From Candidatus Poribacteria bacterium (GTDB lineage Bacteria; Poribacteria; WGA-4E; WGA-3G), in the NCBI GenBank assembly GCA_963422705.1, contig OY730443.1, forward strand, positions 2,270,694 to 2,334,693: a DNA stretch of 64,000 nt, written 5' to 3'. Positions 19,593-29,634 of this stretch are shown here, piece after piece (the stretch's first letter is position 1; the number at the start of each line of letters is the position of its first letter). Position numbers and translations under genes: made by a program. The notes below the pieces were generated by a model, which did not search any database, had not been told where the DNA came from, and was given only the letters and a program-made list of their open reading frames with translations.

Positions 19593-20437
19593 ACGGGCGT
19601 GCGCCTATCACCCACCAAGCATTGGGTAAATTATCCCATCACCCTTCTGCCTTGATTGGGGCATCAATCATTCTATTTTTCGTGATTGTAGCTATCTTTG
19701 CCCCGTTAATTGCAACCCACGACGCGCGGCAGGCGAACGTAATTGAACGGCTTCAGCGAAGTTCGACTAAGCACTATCTCGGCACGGACGGTGTCGGACG
19801 TGACTTGTTCAGCCGAATCGTCCACGGCACCCGCATTTCACTTAAGGTAGGTTTCATCGCGACGGCTTTTTCGCTCGGGTTTGGCACTGTTTTCGGTGCA
19901 ATTGCTGGGTACTACGGCGGCTGGTTTGACAACATCATCATGCGTATGATGGATATCATGCTAGTTATGCCTAGCATTTTGCTTGCCATGGTTATTGTTA
20001 CAATTCTTGGGCAGAGCCTTACTAATGCGATTATCGCGGTTTCGATTGTCTATATACCGCAGTACGCGCGCATCTTGCGCGCATCTGTCCTCAAGGTTCG
20101 CCAACTCGACTATGTCATGGCAGCAAAGGTAATCGGTGCAAGCGACTTACGAATTCTGATAGGAACCGTCCTGCCTAACTGTATTGCTCCGTTGATTGTG
20201 CAAGCGACGCTCGGCATCGGTGCTGCGATTTTAGATGCTGCGGGGCTTAGCTTCCTCGGGCTCGGCGCCGAAATCGGGGAACCGGAATGGGGCGCGATGC
20301 TCCACGAAAACCGTAATTTTATTCGACGCGCCCCACTTACCGTTGCCGTACCGGGGGGTGCGATTTTTCTTGTCGTCTTGGCATTTAACCTCCTCGGCGA
20401 TGCGCTACGTGACGCGTTGGACCCGCAGATAGATTAA
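19589..20437 (+). CDS. ABC transporter permease, DppC/OppC family
   Basis: 282 aa. N-terminal periplasmic stretch, then TM helices; its start overlaps the upstream stop (ATGA). Confidence 0.8.
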   Translation: MNGRAPITHQALGKLSHHPSALIGASIILFFVIVAIFAPLIATHDARQANVIERLQRSSTKHYLGTDGVGRDLFSRIVHGTRISLKVGFIATAFSLGFGTVFGAIAGYYGGWFDNIIMRMMDIMLVMPSILLAMVIVTILGQSLTNAIIAVSIVYIPQYARILRASVLKVRQLDYVMAAKVIGASDLRILIGTVLPNCIAPLIVQATLGIGAAILDAAGLSFLGLGAEIGEPEWGAMLHENRNFIRRAPLTVAVPGGAIFLVVLAFNLLGDALRDALDPQID

Positions 20438-20469
20438 TTGTGAAAAAATGTTGACATCAAACCGGTTCG

Positions 20470-20691
20470 GACTTATAATTTAGGTACAGTTAAAAGCTAA
20501 AATCACTTTGTGAGATAGAAAGGCCATCCGCTATTACAGAGGACTTTTGCTTTAGTGATAGCACCCACACGCTAAAGCGTGGGGCTTCGGTTTCATAGCA
20601 ACTGCGTTTTCTCATAGAGTCAACCGTCTTACTGTCGCTCCACCAGCGGGCATTTTCCCTGTATCCTTCAAAGTGGATACAAGGCATATCG
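20470..20691 (-). ncRNA. Candidate omega/reRNA scaffold of the TnpB element
   Basis: Immediately 3' of tnpB and dense in hairpins (cacgctaaagcgtg, gtatccttcaaagtggatac, gtggtgtgaaccacag). The placement matches known TnpB guide-RNA loci. Inference only. Confidence 0.3.
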
Positions 20692-21838
20692 TTAGGTAAC
20701 GGCTATCCCTGCCCGCAATATGTTTCGCGCAGCGTTTATATCCCTATTGTGGTGTGAACCACAGTCGGGGCATGTAATAAGCCTGTCCTTCAATGTTAGG
20801 CTTTCGTTATGAAAACCGCAATCGCTACACGGTTTTGTTGTGGCAGTCCATTGTCCGACTTGTTTCATCATACGCTTATGTTTACTACATTTATACTTCA
20901 ATATCTCAACAAATTGATAAAAAGCGAGTTCCGAGACTTTACGCCCCCACAGGCGTTTCATGCCATCAAGGTTCAATGTCTCAAGGACAAAGGCAAGAAA
21001 ACTTTTTACAAAGTTCACTTGCCAGTTGCCAGTGAAAGTCTTTGCGTTGGTTGCTAATTTTCCGATACAGGTGTGCAAGTTGCCTGACACACCGCCACCA
21101 ACGGTTAGAACCTTTTTGCTTACCATTCAATGCTTTGTTGAGAGTCCGAAGTTTGTTCAAGGAGTGTTTCAAAGGGTGCGGGTGGTGTCTTTTCTCACCC
21201 GTGCTAAGAGTCAAGTAAGCAGATGAGAGTCCGACGTCTGCCCCAACGCTTTCACCTGTTGTCGGCAGCGTCTTAAAATCGGTGTCATCCGTTATGATGT
21301 AAAGCCAATAGTCGCCACAAGTATCACGTTTGATGGTGATACGACGGAGAGTCCCATGCCACGGGCGGTGCTTATGAAACGTAGTTGGCACTTTATCAAA
21401 TCGCCACGTCCCTTTATCCCACTGACGAAAGGTGAGTGTGATACAGTTATTAATCAGTTTAAATCCAGTTTGTTTCAGCGTGATAGACTTAAACTTATGC
21501 TCCGGTTTGATATGGGGGTTACCTCCCCGTTTATTAAAGAACCTTTGATACGCATTATCAATTCGTTCCAACTCTGCTTGGATGGCTTGGCTTGGCAACA
21601 CCTTCCAATGGGGATGTGTGGTTCGTTTCAATATGCAGGCATGTCGACACATTGCAGCGTAGTTGGCATACGGCAAGCCATCTTTATACCGGTGACGCTG
21701 CCACTTATGGAAATACACATGCACCTGCCACATATCGTCAAGCAGGTTGCCAAGACGTATCGTATTCGATTGATTGCCAATTTTATATTGATAGGTTTTC
21801 ATGGGATATCGTGTATCGCGCCTTTTACCTGCAATCAA
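20692..21838 (-). pseudogene. tnpB: tnpB (IS605 OrfB), apparently frameshifted
   Basis: Two overlapping ORFs (20981-21838 and 20692-21126) together give a complete TnpB: N-terminus MKTYQYKIGNQSN..., C-terminus CSDCG...CPDCGSHHNRDINAARNI. The frameshift is near 21010-21030. It may be authentic or a sequencing error. Confidence 0.7.
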
Positions 21839-22014
21839 TTCTTGTTAGGGACAGACACGCCTCGCAGCGGGCTTGATTGTGTCCCTAACGCGATAGTATC
21901 ATCATACCACACTTTGACGGCAGTGTCATTTTTATTTCACAGGGATTACCCCTTTAGCGGGCTTATATCCCAAAGCGAAAGCGGTGGGCAAAACAAACGA
22001 ATGCCCGTAAACTT

Positions 22015-22494
22015 ATGAACATTTTAGTGATTCATGGCCCAAATCTGCATCTATTAGGGAAACGCCAACCAGAAATTTATGGGTATCGAACGTTGAAAGA
22101 TATCAACGCTGGACTTGATAGACAAGCGGCTGCTTCGCCGGCCGATGTTATTTTGAAAATCCTTCAATCTAATCACGAAGGAGAGATTGTCTCAATTATC
22201 GGAAGCCACATCAATTGGGCCGACGGCATCTTGATTAACCCCGCAGCTTACACACACACAAGCATTGCCATTCGCGATGCCCTCTCCACCGTGGCGTTAC
22301 CTGTGATTGAAGTTCATCTGTCCAATATCTATGCCCGGGAAACATTCCGGCATCATTCCTATATTTCTGCTGTTGCTGTAGGTGTCATTGGGGGATTTGG
22401 GGCACAGAGTTATACACTCGCGCTTGATGCGATGATTCGGCTATTGCAAACAGACGACGCAACGGAGATAAGCGAAACTCACATCCGGAGTTAA
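22015..22494 (+). CDS. aroQ: Type II 3-dehydroquinate dehydratase
   Basis: MNILVIHGPNLHLLGKRQPEIYG ... HLSNIYARE is diagnostic of AroQ. Confidence 0.9.
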   Translation: MNILVIHGPNLHLLGKRQPEIYGYRTLKDINAGLDRQAAASPADVILKILQSNHEGEIVSIIGSHINWADGILINPAAYTHTSIAIRDALSTVALPVIEVHLSNIYARETFRHHSYISAVAVGVIGGFGAQSYTLALDAMIRLLQTDDATEISETHIRS

Positions 22495-22505
22495 GGGAAT
22501 TTATT

Positions 22506-23654
22506 ATGTCACAAAACCGTTTTATTCCGTTCAGTCGTCCGTGGATTGATGAGACTGAAATCGATGCTGTCACTGCTGTCCTCGCCTCGAAATGGATTAG
22601 CACGGGTACGAAGGTGCGCGAATTTGAAAGTGCTTTTGCCGAATACATCGGTGTCAAACATGCCATCGCAGTGAGCTCTTGTACCGCCGCCTTGCATCTC
22701 AGTCTCGTCGCCACCGGAATCGGAAATGGCGATGAAGTCATTACAACCCCATACACCTTCACAGCGACAGCTGAAGCGATTCGATACGTCGGCGCAAAAC
22801 CTGTTTTTGTTGATGTTGATGAGTGCAGGTTGAATATTGATATCGCTAATATTGAACAAGCAATTACACCGGATACGAAAGCGATACTCCCTGTGCATAT
22901 CGCCGGTTACCCGTGTGATATGGATGCCCTCCGCGATATCTGTCGACACCACAATCTGATTCTCATTGATGATGCTGCCCATGCGATTCCCGCGAAATAT
23001 AAGGGGCATTACATCGGTACCCTTGCAGATGTCTCAGCTTTCAGTTTCTATGCGAATAAAAATCTAACGACTGCGGAAGGCGGTATGATGACTACCAACA
23101 GCGACACGCTTGCGGAACGTTGCCGCCCAATGCGGCTGCACGGTATTAATGCGGATGCCTGGCGCCGCCAATCTCAACGGAGTATTTGGCGTTACGACAT
23201 TACAACCGAAGGGTACAAATACAATATGAGTGATATTCAAGCGGCGATGGGGTTGTGTCAACTTCTCAAACTCAATAAACAGCACATGCGCCGTCGAGAA
23301 TACGCCAGCATCTACCAAACGGAACTCGCAAAACTCCCTGAAATTCGGATACCCCCGTCGCCGCCTCCAGAAATCGGAACGCATGCCTGGCACCTCTACA
23401 TCATTCAACTCGAGACAGGCAACCGCGATGAATTTATCAATACCCTCCGCCAGCAAAATATCGAGTGTAGCGTTCATTATATCCCATTGCACCTCTTCGA
23501 GTTTTATCAGAATCAGTACGGGTATTGCCAGGGCGATTTCCCAAATGCTGAAGCTGCTTTTAAACGCGTTGTCAGCCTACCGCTTCACCCCGGTTTAACC
23601 GAAGAGGACGTGTATACCGTAATTGACGCTATCCGAAAATTCTTTCATAAATGA
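22506..23654 (+). CDS. DegT/DnrJ/EryC1/StrS-family PLP-dependent sugar aminotransferase
   Basis: 382 aa. ISTGTKVREFE ... SFYANKNLTTAEGGMM (PLP-Lys region), typical of the family. Confidence 0.85.
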   Translation: MSQNRFIPFSRPWIDETEIDAVTAVLASKWISTGTKVREFESAFAEYIGVKHAIAVSSCTAALHLSLVATGIGNGDEVITTPYTFTATAEAIRYVGAKPVFVDVDECRLNIDIANIEQAITPDTKAILPVHIAGYPCDMDALRDICRHHNLILIDDAAHAIPAKYKGHYIGTLADVSAFSFYANKNLTTAEGGMMTTNSDTLAERCRPMRLHGINADAWRRQSQRSIWRYDITTEGYKYNMSDIQAAMGLCQLLKLNKQHMRRREYASIYQTELAKLPEIRIPPSPPPEIGTHAWHLYIIQLETGNRDEFINTLRQQNIECSVHYIPLHLFEFYQNQYGYCQGDFPNAEAAFKRVVSLPLHPGLTEEDVYTVIDAIRKFFHK

Positions 23655-23709
23655 CATCTTTTTGTATCGCACGCAATTTAAGTTCCCAGAGAAAATCCGG
23701 CTTAACACC

Positions 23710-24303
23710 ATGAAAAATCCGCTTCAATCCGACAAAAGACTCCTCCAAATTATACCCAACGAAGTCTGTTTTTCATGCGATGTCTGTTGTCGGTTTTTGG
23801 AAGTGGACAGCCCGCTCGCCCCAATTTTTACCGAATCAGAGACGGAAGCTGTTCTCTCCCAGGGCGTTAATCCGTCACAATTTTTGCGGCAGCCGGATGG
23901 AAAAAGCCATCAGATTCGGTTAAAACCTTACAAAGACTTCTACATCTGCCCCTTTTTTGCGCCTGTAACGGGCCACTGTACCATCTACGCCAGTCGCCCG
24001 CTTGATTGCCAGCTCTACCCTTTTGCCTTGATGTTCAACGAAGATAGAAGCGAAGTTGTTATTGGTGTGGATACCCTTTGTCCTTTTGGCGAAACGCATC
24101 TCAAAACAGAAGTGTTTCAGAAACAGATTCGCCATCTCATTGATTACGTTGAATCCGAAACCGTTGCGACACAGATTGCTTCTAACTGGAGCCTTATTGG
24201 AGATTACCAAGATACCGTGGAAATTGTCCATATTTTAAAAAACGCTGTTAAAGTACATCGGAACCTAAAACCGCATGCAACTTCGTCTACTAACTCTCGG
24301 TGA
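23710..24303 (+). CDS. Cys-rich YkgJ/UPF0153-like putative Fe-S or Zn-binding protein
   Basis: CxxCxxCC-type cluster (FSCDVCCRF) plus a second Cys cluster (CPFFAPVTGHCTIYASRPLDCQLYPF). The internal ATG (MKNPLQS) is the likely start of ORF 23623-24303. Confidence 0.45.
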   Translation: MKNPLQSDKRLLQIIPNEVCFSCDVCCRFLEVDSPLAPIFTESETEAVLSQGVNPSQFLRQPDGKSHQIRLKPYKDFYICPFFAPVTGHCTIYASRPLDCQLYPFALMFNEDRSEVVIGVDTLCPFGETHLKTEVFQKQIRHLIDYVESETVATQIASNWSLIGDYQDTVEIVHILKNAVKVHRNLKPHATSSTNSR

Positions 24304-25273
24304 CAAATCACTGTTTGATGAACATGCCGTTCAGATGAATGTAGAACTTTCCAGTTATGCGTTCGCACCAATCTACATCTGGCGTGACAATTTTGAGTTT
24401 TATTGGGCACAACGAGATAACTATTTCTGTCTATTTGCGAAGCAAAACGATGACTATTTCATGCCACTGCCCCCATTAGGCAGACACCCCTCGAAAAATC
24501 GAGATGTCGCAGATGCTGCCTACCGGAAAGTTGTTCGCGAGGCATACCGGTTTATGCTTGAAACAAATCGCAATGCACATATCGCCCGGATAGAAAATGT
24601 GACACGCGAGATGCTCCCCGTTTTCGGTATCACGCAGGATTTTGGAACAGGCTCACCTCAAAATAACGGGTTTCGTGCCAATTTCAAAGAGAACGAGTAC
24701 CTATATCGGACGGAAGCGCTTGCTCAATTAAAGGGAAATCGTTACAAGAGCAAGCGGCATGCCTACAACGTTTTTCGCGCAAATTATCCGTTAGCAGAAT
24801 TCAGAACGTATTGTTCCACCAACCTCGCTGAGTGTTTCGCTTTATACGATATATGGCATGCAGAACGAACCGAACGATATGATGATGTGGTTTACCGGAC
24901 GATGCTTCAGCATTCTCGCGCCGCCCACAGAATCGGTATCGCGCATGCCGAAGCTTTGGGACTGATTGGCAGCGTTGTCTACATCAATCGCGAGCTCAAG
25001 GGGTATCTCTTTGCATATCCACTGACTCAAGAGATATTCTGTGTGATGTTTGAAGTAGCGGAGCTGAAGATAAAGGGACTTGCGCAGTTTCTCTATCGAG
25101 AATTCGCCCGATGCTTTCAGACGCAGAGATATCAACAACATCTCTCCTTAACCGGTGCCGCCCCCAAATGGATTAACGCGATGGGGGATTCCGGGTTAGA
25201 AAACCTAAAGCGTGTCAAGCGTTCATATCATCCCACACACCTGATTCCGTCCTATAACGTTTCCATGCCTTGA
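24275..25273 (+). CDS. Hypothetical protein, DUF2156-like (acyltransferase fold)
   Basis: 332 aa. Weak resemblance to the MprF C-terminal/DUF2156 fold (YAFAPIYIWRDNFEFYWAQ...). Low-confidence call. Confidence 0.3.
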   Translation: MQLRLLTLGDKSLFDEHAVQMNVELSSYAFAPIYIWRDNFEFYWAQRDNYFCLFAKQNDDYFMPLPPLGRHPSKNRDVADAAYRKVVREAYRFMLETNRNAHIARIENVTREMLPVFGITQDFGTGSPQNNGFRANFKENEYLYRTEALAQLKGNRYKSKRHAYNVFRANYPLAEFRTYCSTNLAECFALYDIWHAERTERYDDVVYRTMLQHSRAAHRIGIAHAEALGLIGSVVYINRELKGYLFAYPLTQEIFCVMFEVAELKIKGLAQFLYREFARCFQTQRYQQHLSLTGAAPKWINAMGDSGLENLKRVKRSYHPTHLIPSYNVSMP

Positions 25274-25336
25274 GTCGAATCAGAAGCTATCCGTTAGGAG
25301 TTGTTCGTTTAAAAAGCAATCGCATCTAAATAGACT

Positions 25337-26095
25337 ATGAACCCAGCTCTAATTTTTCTCAACGGATATTATGACGCGAGGTACCTCAATTTTTATCGAC
25401 AAGAAATTGAGGAGGCTGAGGCGAAGCACCTACCGCTCATCTGTGCTGACGGCGGGTTGCGCATTTTTCACCAATTAAATCAGAGATATGGCATTCATCT
25501 TACGCCTGATATCCTCATCGGGGATTTGGATTCCGTGGATGCATTGGACACGGATATTGCGAAACATATCGTTCAGGAATGGATTGGACAGACAGATAAG
25601 GATTATACCGACGGCCAGCTAGCTGTCGTCTACGCCATAGAACAGTACGATTGCCAGCATATTATCATTTATGGCGGCTTACCGCGGCCGGGGCAGTATG
25701 AGACAGAACAGTTTCTTGGAAACTTAAAGTTGATGCGTTTTGGCGAGAATAGGATGAACCTTTGTAATAAATCACGAGCCGGTGCCGGAAAAGTATACAG
25801 AGCGGAGATGCGAGATGCGCGACAAACGATTCACTATGTGGTATCACAATTGCGGTTAATCCGAAAAAACAGCGGGTTGCAGCGCGTCTCCCTCATCGCA
25901 GAAGAGCCAGGCGTGGTGGTAGAAAACAGCGAAAACTTGCGCTGGAACCTCGCGTCAATGCACGTTGATGCGGTACAAATCAATACACTTCGTAACGAAT
26001 TCGTCACAGACAAAAAATGTGCCATGCTGCAACTAGCTGAAGGTTCTGCCCCGGTTTACGTGATTCACAACTGGTATGATTTAGCTGTCTGCTAA
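25337..26095 (+). CDS. Thiamine pyrophosphokinase-like protein
   Basis: ICADGGLRIF ... ILIGDLDSVD resembles the TPK catalytic GDxDS motif. The C-terminal extension is unusual. Confidence 0.45.
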   Translation: MNPALIFLNGYYDARYLNFYRQEIEEAEAKHLPLICADGGLRIFHQLNQRYGIHLTPDILIGDLDSVDALDTDIAKHIVQEWIGQTDKDYTDGQLAVVYAIEQYDCQHIIIYGGLPRPGQYETEQFLGNLKLMRFGENRMNLCNKSRAGAGKVYRAEMRDARQTIHYVVSQLRLIRKNSGLQRVSLIAEEPGVVVENSENLRWNLASMHVDAVQINTLRNEFVTDKKCAMLQLAEGSAPVYVIHNWYDLAVC

Positions 26096-27043
26096 TACCG
26101 AAGTGAGGGTTGCAGTATCCAAATTACCGCCGCTCATTACCATGACGACATTCTTCCCTGCAAGCCGCCCGTTCAGTTTATGGGCTGCCGCTATCGGCGC
26201 TGCCCCGGCACCTTCTGCCAGGTGATGCGTCCATCGTAAGGCGAGTCGGATACCGTCACGAATTTCGGCCTCGCTGAGTAAAACAATGTCGTTAATTCCA
26301 TCTTTGATGATGGAAAAGGGCAATCTAAATGGTACCCGCGTTGCAAGCCCATCCGCGACGGTATTGCAGGAATCGGTTTCTATAGGTTTCCCCGCCTTCC
26401 AAGAGAGATAGACAGCCGCAGCGTTTTCGGCTTGCACGCCGATAACAGAAACATTGGGATTAATTGCCTTCGCTACGGTAATTGCCCCACAACACCCACT
26501 TCCGCCACCGATAGGGACAATAATCGCATCGACATGCGGTTGTTCCTCAAAAATCTCAACGGAATAGGTACCAACGCCGTGAAAAAGTGCAGGTTCAAGA
26601 CACGGATGCACATAATATAGCCCGCGTTCTGCCTGAAGTGTCTCACATAATTCGCGCGCCTCGTCAAAATCAGCGCCGTGTTCAATGATTTCAGCCCCGT
26701 AAGCCCGCATCGCACTATTTTTTTCCGGATTGTTCCCATGTGGAACGACGACAGTTGTTTTGAGCCCAAACGCTTTTCCCGCATAAGCGATAGACTGCCC
26801 GTGATTGCCGCGGGTTGCCGTAACAACCCCTAACTTTCGTTGTTCCGCCGGCAAAAGCGACATGAAATTTAAGCCGCCTCGCACCTTAAAACAGCCTGTC
26901 GGTAGGTGATTTTCGTGCTTGATATAGGCTTCAAAACCGAGGCGCTTTGATAATTCAGGATAATGGATTAGCGGCGTCGGTTTTAAAAACTTGCCAACAA
27001 CTGCCCTTGCCGAAATAATGCCTTGAAATGTAACAGGTGTCAT
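26081..27043 (-). CDS. Threonine dehydratase / serine-threonine ammonia-lyase (PLP fold type II)
   Basis: PLP-Lys motif CFKVRGG, and a Gly-rich GGGSGCCG loop. The start is taken at the internal Met (MTPVTFQ) of ORF 26081-27211. Confidence 0.8.
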   Translation of the reverse strand: MTPVTFQGIISARAVVGKFLKPTPLIHYPELSKRLGFEAYIKHENHLPTGCFKVRGGLNFMSLLPAEQRKLGVVTATRGNHGQSIAYAGKAFGLKTTVVVPHGNNPEKNSAMRAYGAEIIEHGADFDEARELCETLQAERGLYYVHPCLEPALFHGVGTYSVEIFEEQPHVDAIIVPIGGGSGCCGAITVAKAINPNVSVIGVQAENAAAVYLSWKAGKPIETDSCNTVADGLATRVPFRLPFSIIKDGINDIVLLSEAEIRDGIRLALRWTHHLAEGAGAAPIAAAHKLNGRLAGKNVVMVMSGGNLDTATLTSVLADS

Positions 27044-27524
27044 ATAGACTCCAAATCGATTTTGTTCCGCCTGAAAAATGTGTGTGTGGAGCAGAATAGC
27101 AAATACCCCGCTACGATGGCTCTTCTCTTGGATGCTTGCACCCAACGCCTCGGCAAATTCACGAAAATGTCGAAACCGCGAACGGATTTTAGAAGAGAAC
27201 ACTTTCAACAAGCTAAACGGGCGGCTATCTCCTATCGCCAGGAGAGGGCTACGATTTTACCCGTTTGCCGGGACAGAGGGCATCCATTGCAGGGGCACAG
27301 ATAATTAATGATAGGCTTGACTGACTATAAATGCCCTATACGCCAAAAATAGGCGCTTGCAAATAAAAAAATATGTGCTAATATTATAACCGATTCCAGT
27401 CAGTATCTCAATTGATACAGAAAAGCCAGAGCTGTTGAGTTGCTCCAATAGACTGCTATTCGCAATGCCCATCTCAAATACATAGGTGAACATAAGGCGA
27501 GTATTTTGGGTTAGTAACATTTAG

Positions 27525-28481
27525 ATGAAAGGAACTCACATGACATATCAATGGCAATCCACCCACGTAGAGATTCCCGATACCGATGAGCTGATTGAAG
27601 CCTGTTATGATAACGGCTGGACAGATGGACTTCCCGTCGTACCGCCTACCCCCGCGCGCGTTGAGAAAATGCTCAGCGGTACAGCCCGGCGCCCTGCGGA
27701 ACTTATTGCCCCCATACCCCCAAAATGGGGTAGAGCAACTGTTGAAAAAGTAGCAATTAACGCCGTCATGGCAGGATGCCGCCCGGACTATTTACCAATT
27801 GTCCTCAAAGCAGTAGAGGCGATATCGGCAGACGAGTTCAATCTCCATGGGGTGCAGGTGACGACATCACATGTCGCCCCGATGCTTATTATTAATGGCC
27901 CTCTCCGGAAATCATTAGACATTAACCACGGTTTTAACCTCTTCGGGCAAGGATGGCGCGCGAATGCCACTATTGGACGTGCTGTTAGACTCGTCTGCAC
28001 GAATATCGGTGGCGCATTGCCCGGTGAACTCGACAGGGCCGCTTTTGGGCACCCCGGGAAATATACATGCTGTATTGCTGAAAATGAAGACGACAGTCCG
28101 TGGCTCCCTTTACATGTTGAACGCGGTTTTCAAGAAGAGGACAGCACCGTGACAGTCTTCGCAAGCGCCGGGCCACAAAGCATCAACGAACACGGTAGTA
28201 ATACCGCAGAAGGGATTCTCAACACGATTTGTCACAACTTAATCGCACCGGGCAACAGTGGCGGCCAAACCTTGCTCGTCGTCGGGATTGAACACGCCAA
28301 AACAATATCCGCCGATGGGTTTGGCAAAAACGACGCGCGACGTTATATTGCAGAACAGACACAACACTACAAGACTGAAGATTTATTGATGATGGTAGCA
28401 GGCGGGCCGGCAGGGCGATGGACTATCCTGGTACAAGGATGGGGCTCACCGACTTCGAAGGCTGTCACCTTGGCCCTATAG
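27525..28481 (+). CDS. Conserved hypothetical protein
   Basis: 318-aa ORF with good coding statistics and no confident family assignment. Confidence 0.35.
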   Translation: MKGTHMTYQWQSTHVEIPDTDELIEACYDNGWTDGLPVVPPTPARVEKMLSGTARRPAELIAPIPPKWGRATVEKVAINAVMAGCRPDYLPIVLKAVEAISADEFNLHGVQVTTSHVAPMLIINGPLRKSLDINHGFNLFGQGWRANATIGRAVRLVCTNIGGALPGELDRAAFGHPGKYTCCIAENEDDSPWLPLHVERGFQEEDSTVTVFASAGPQSINEHGSNTAEGILNTICHNLIAPGNSGGQTLLVVGIEHAKTISADGFGKNDARRYIAEQTQHYKTEDLLMMVAGGPAGRWTILVQGWGSPTSKAVTLAL

Positions 28482-28521
28482 AAACCGCTTTTAACTGGTG
28501 TTACCTAATCTCACATTTTTC

Positions 28522-28550
28522 TTGCAAATCGGCAGAAATTATAGTATACT
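28522..28550 (+). promoter_or_regulatory. Candidate sigma70 promoter (TTGCAA-N17-TATACT)
   Basis: TTGCAA at 28522-28527, a 17-nt spacer, TATACT at 28545-28550. It is ~65 bp upstream of the CBS-domain gene. Confidence 0.35.
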
Positions 28551-28616
28551 TAAGATAATGAGTACGCTCATAACCTATCCGCTTCATTAAACGTTAAATT
28601 TTAAGGAATTCACGCG

Positions 28617-29054
28617 ATGGACGCGCGAACGTTGTCACTACCGATTAGCACAATCAATTATAACCAACCTATCACTGTACAAGTTGGCGCCCCTGTTTCA
28701 GATGTCATCGCCACAATGCAGGAGGAAGGGTTTGGGTGTATTCTCGTCGTTGACGATTCCCAGCGATTGAACGGCATTGTGACAGAACGTGACTTGCTTG
28801 TTCATATTGTCGGCGGGCGGTTAGTCCCTGAAGAAACCGCCGTTGAAACCGTCATGACAGATGCCCCAGAGGCGCTCCGTGCCAGTGACTCGATTGCGTT
28901 TGCCTTAAACCTCATGCACCTTGGACATTTTAGGCACGTGCCCCTCTGCGTCTGGGATGAACAGGGTGATGCCTATCCCGTCGGATTAATTTCGACGCGT
29001 GATATTTTAAATCACGTCGCGATATTTATAGAGAATAAAGCACCGGGGAGGTAG
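28617..29054 (+). CDS. CBS-domain pair protein
   Basis: 145 aa with two CBS motifs (GCILVVDDSQRLNGIVTERDL; LISTRDILNH). Confidence 0.75.
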   Translation: MDARTLSLPISTINYNQPITVQVGAPVSDVIATMQEEGFGCILVVDDSQRLNGIVTERDLLVHIVGGRLVPEETAVETVMTDAPEALRASDSIAFALNLMHLGHFRHVPLCVWDEQGDAYPVGLISTRDILNHVAIFIENKAPGR

Positions 29055-29056
29055 CC

Positions 29057-29593
29057 ATGCTGTACGATGTAGCCATTGATGAAGAATTAGAACAGATGGA
29101 GCAGGATGTGGCACTCAAAGCCTCGAACACGCTTGAAATTCAAATCCCGCTTCGGGCACTGATGCGCCCGGTTGTTACAATTGCCCTCGGCTGTAGTATA
29201 CAAGATGCAATAGACATCTTTCTCGAGCATAAAGTTGGAGCTGCCCCGGTTGTCGATGCGCATCGGCGGCTCTGTGGTATTTTTAGTGAACGTGACGTGC
29301 TCCGTGAAATTCTCAACAAATCTGTTGGAAACCTTGAGAAAATTAGCGTTGAACAGTTCATGATAGCCAATCCTGAAACAGCGCATGCCGAGGATTTGTT
29401 GGATACCGCGATTCTCTACATGGCGCGTGGCGGTTACCGGCATCTGCCGATTGTCAATGAACTGCATCAGCCCGTCGGCATGGTATCGATTCGCGATGTC
29501 ATTTCCCATCTTGTTGATAGTTTTCCACAGGAAGTCTTAACGCTACCGCCCAGGCCCGTTCGAGATGCAATGAAAGCCCGCGAGGGGGCTTGA
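29057..29593 (+). CDS. CBS-domain pair protein
   Basis: 178 aa with a CBS pair (GAAPVVDAHRRLCGIFSERDVL; MVSIRDVISHL). Confidence 0.75.
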   Translation: MLYDVAIDEELEQMEQDVALKASNTLEIQIPLRALMRPVVTIALGCSIQDAIDIFLEHKVGAAPVVDAHRRLCGIFSERDVLREILNKSVGNLEKISVEQFMIANPETAHAEDLLDTAILYMARGGYRHLPIVNELHQPVGMVSIRDVISHLVDSFPQEVLTLPPRPVRDAMKAREGA

Positions 29594-29634
29594 AATGTAA
29601 TTTTACCCCCGTTCTACGGAAGGAACCGATTGTG

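Larger units (their letters stand above)
20465..21970 (-). mobile_element. IS1341-like (tnpB-only) IS200/IS605-family element
   Basis: A TnpB gene without a cognate tnpA. Left-end-like hairpin gttagggacagacacgcctcgcagcgggcttgattgtgtccctaac at 21843-21888. The 3' flank at 20465-20700 is structured. Confidence 0.55.

Noticed and set aside
21356-22018. 220-aa ORF on the plus strand
   Set aside because: Antisense to the TnpB gene and without features; spurious.
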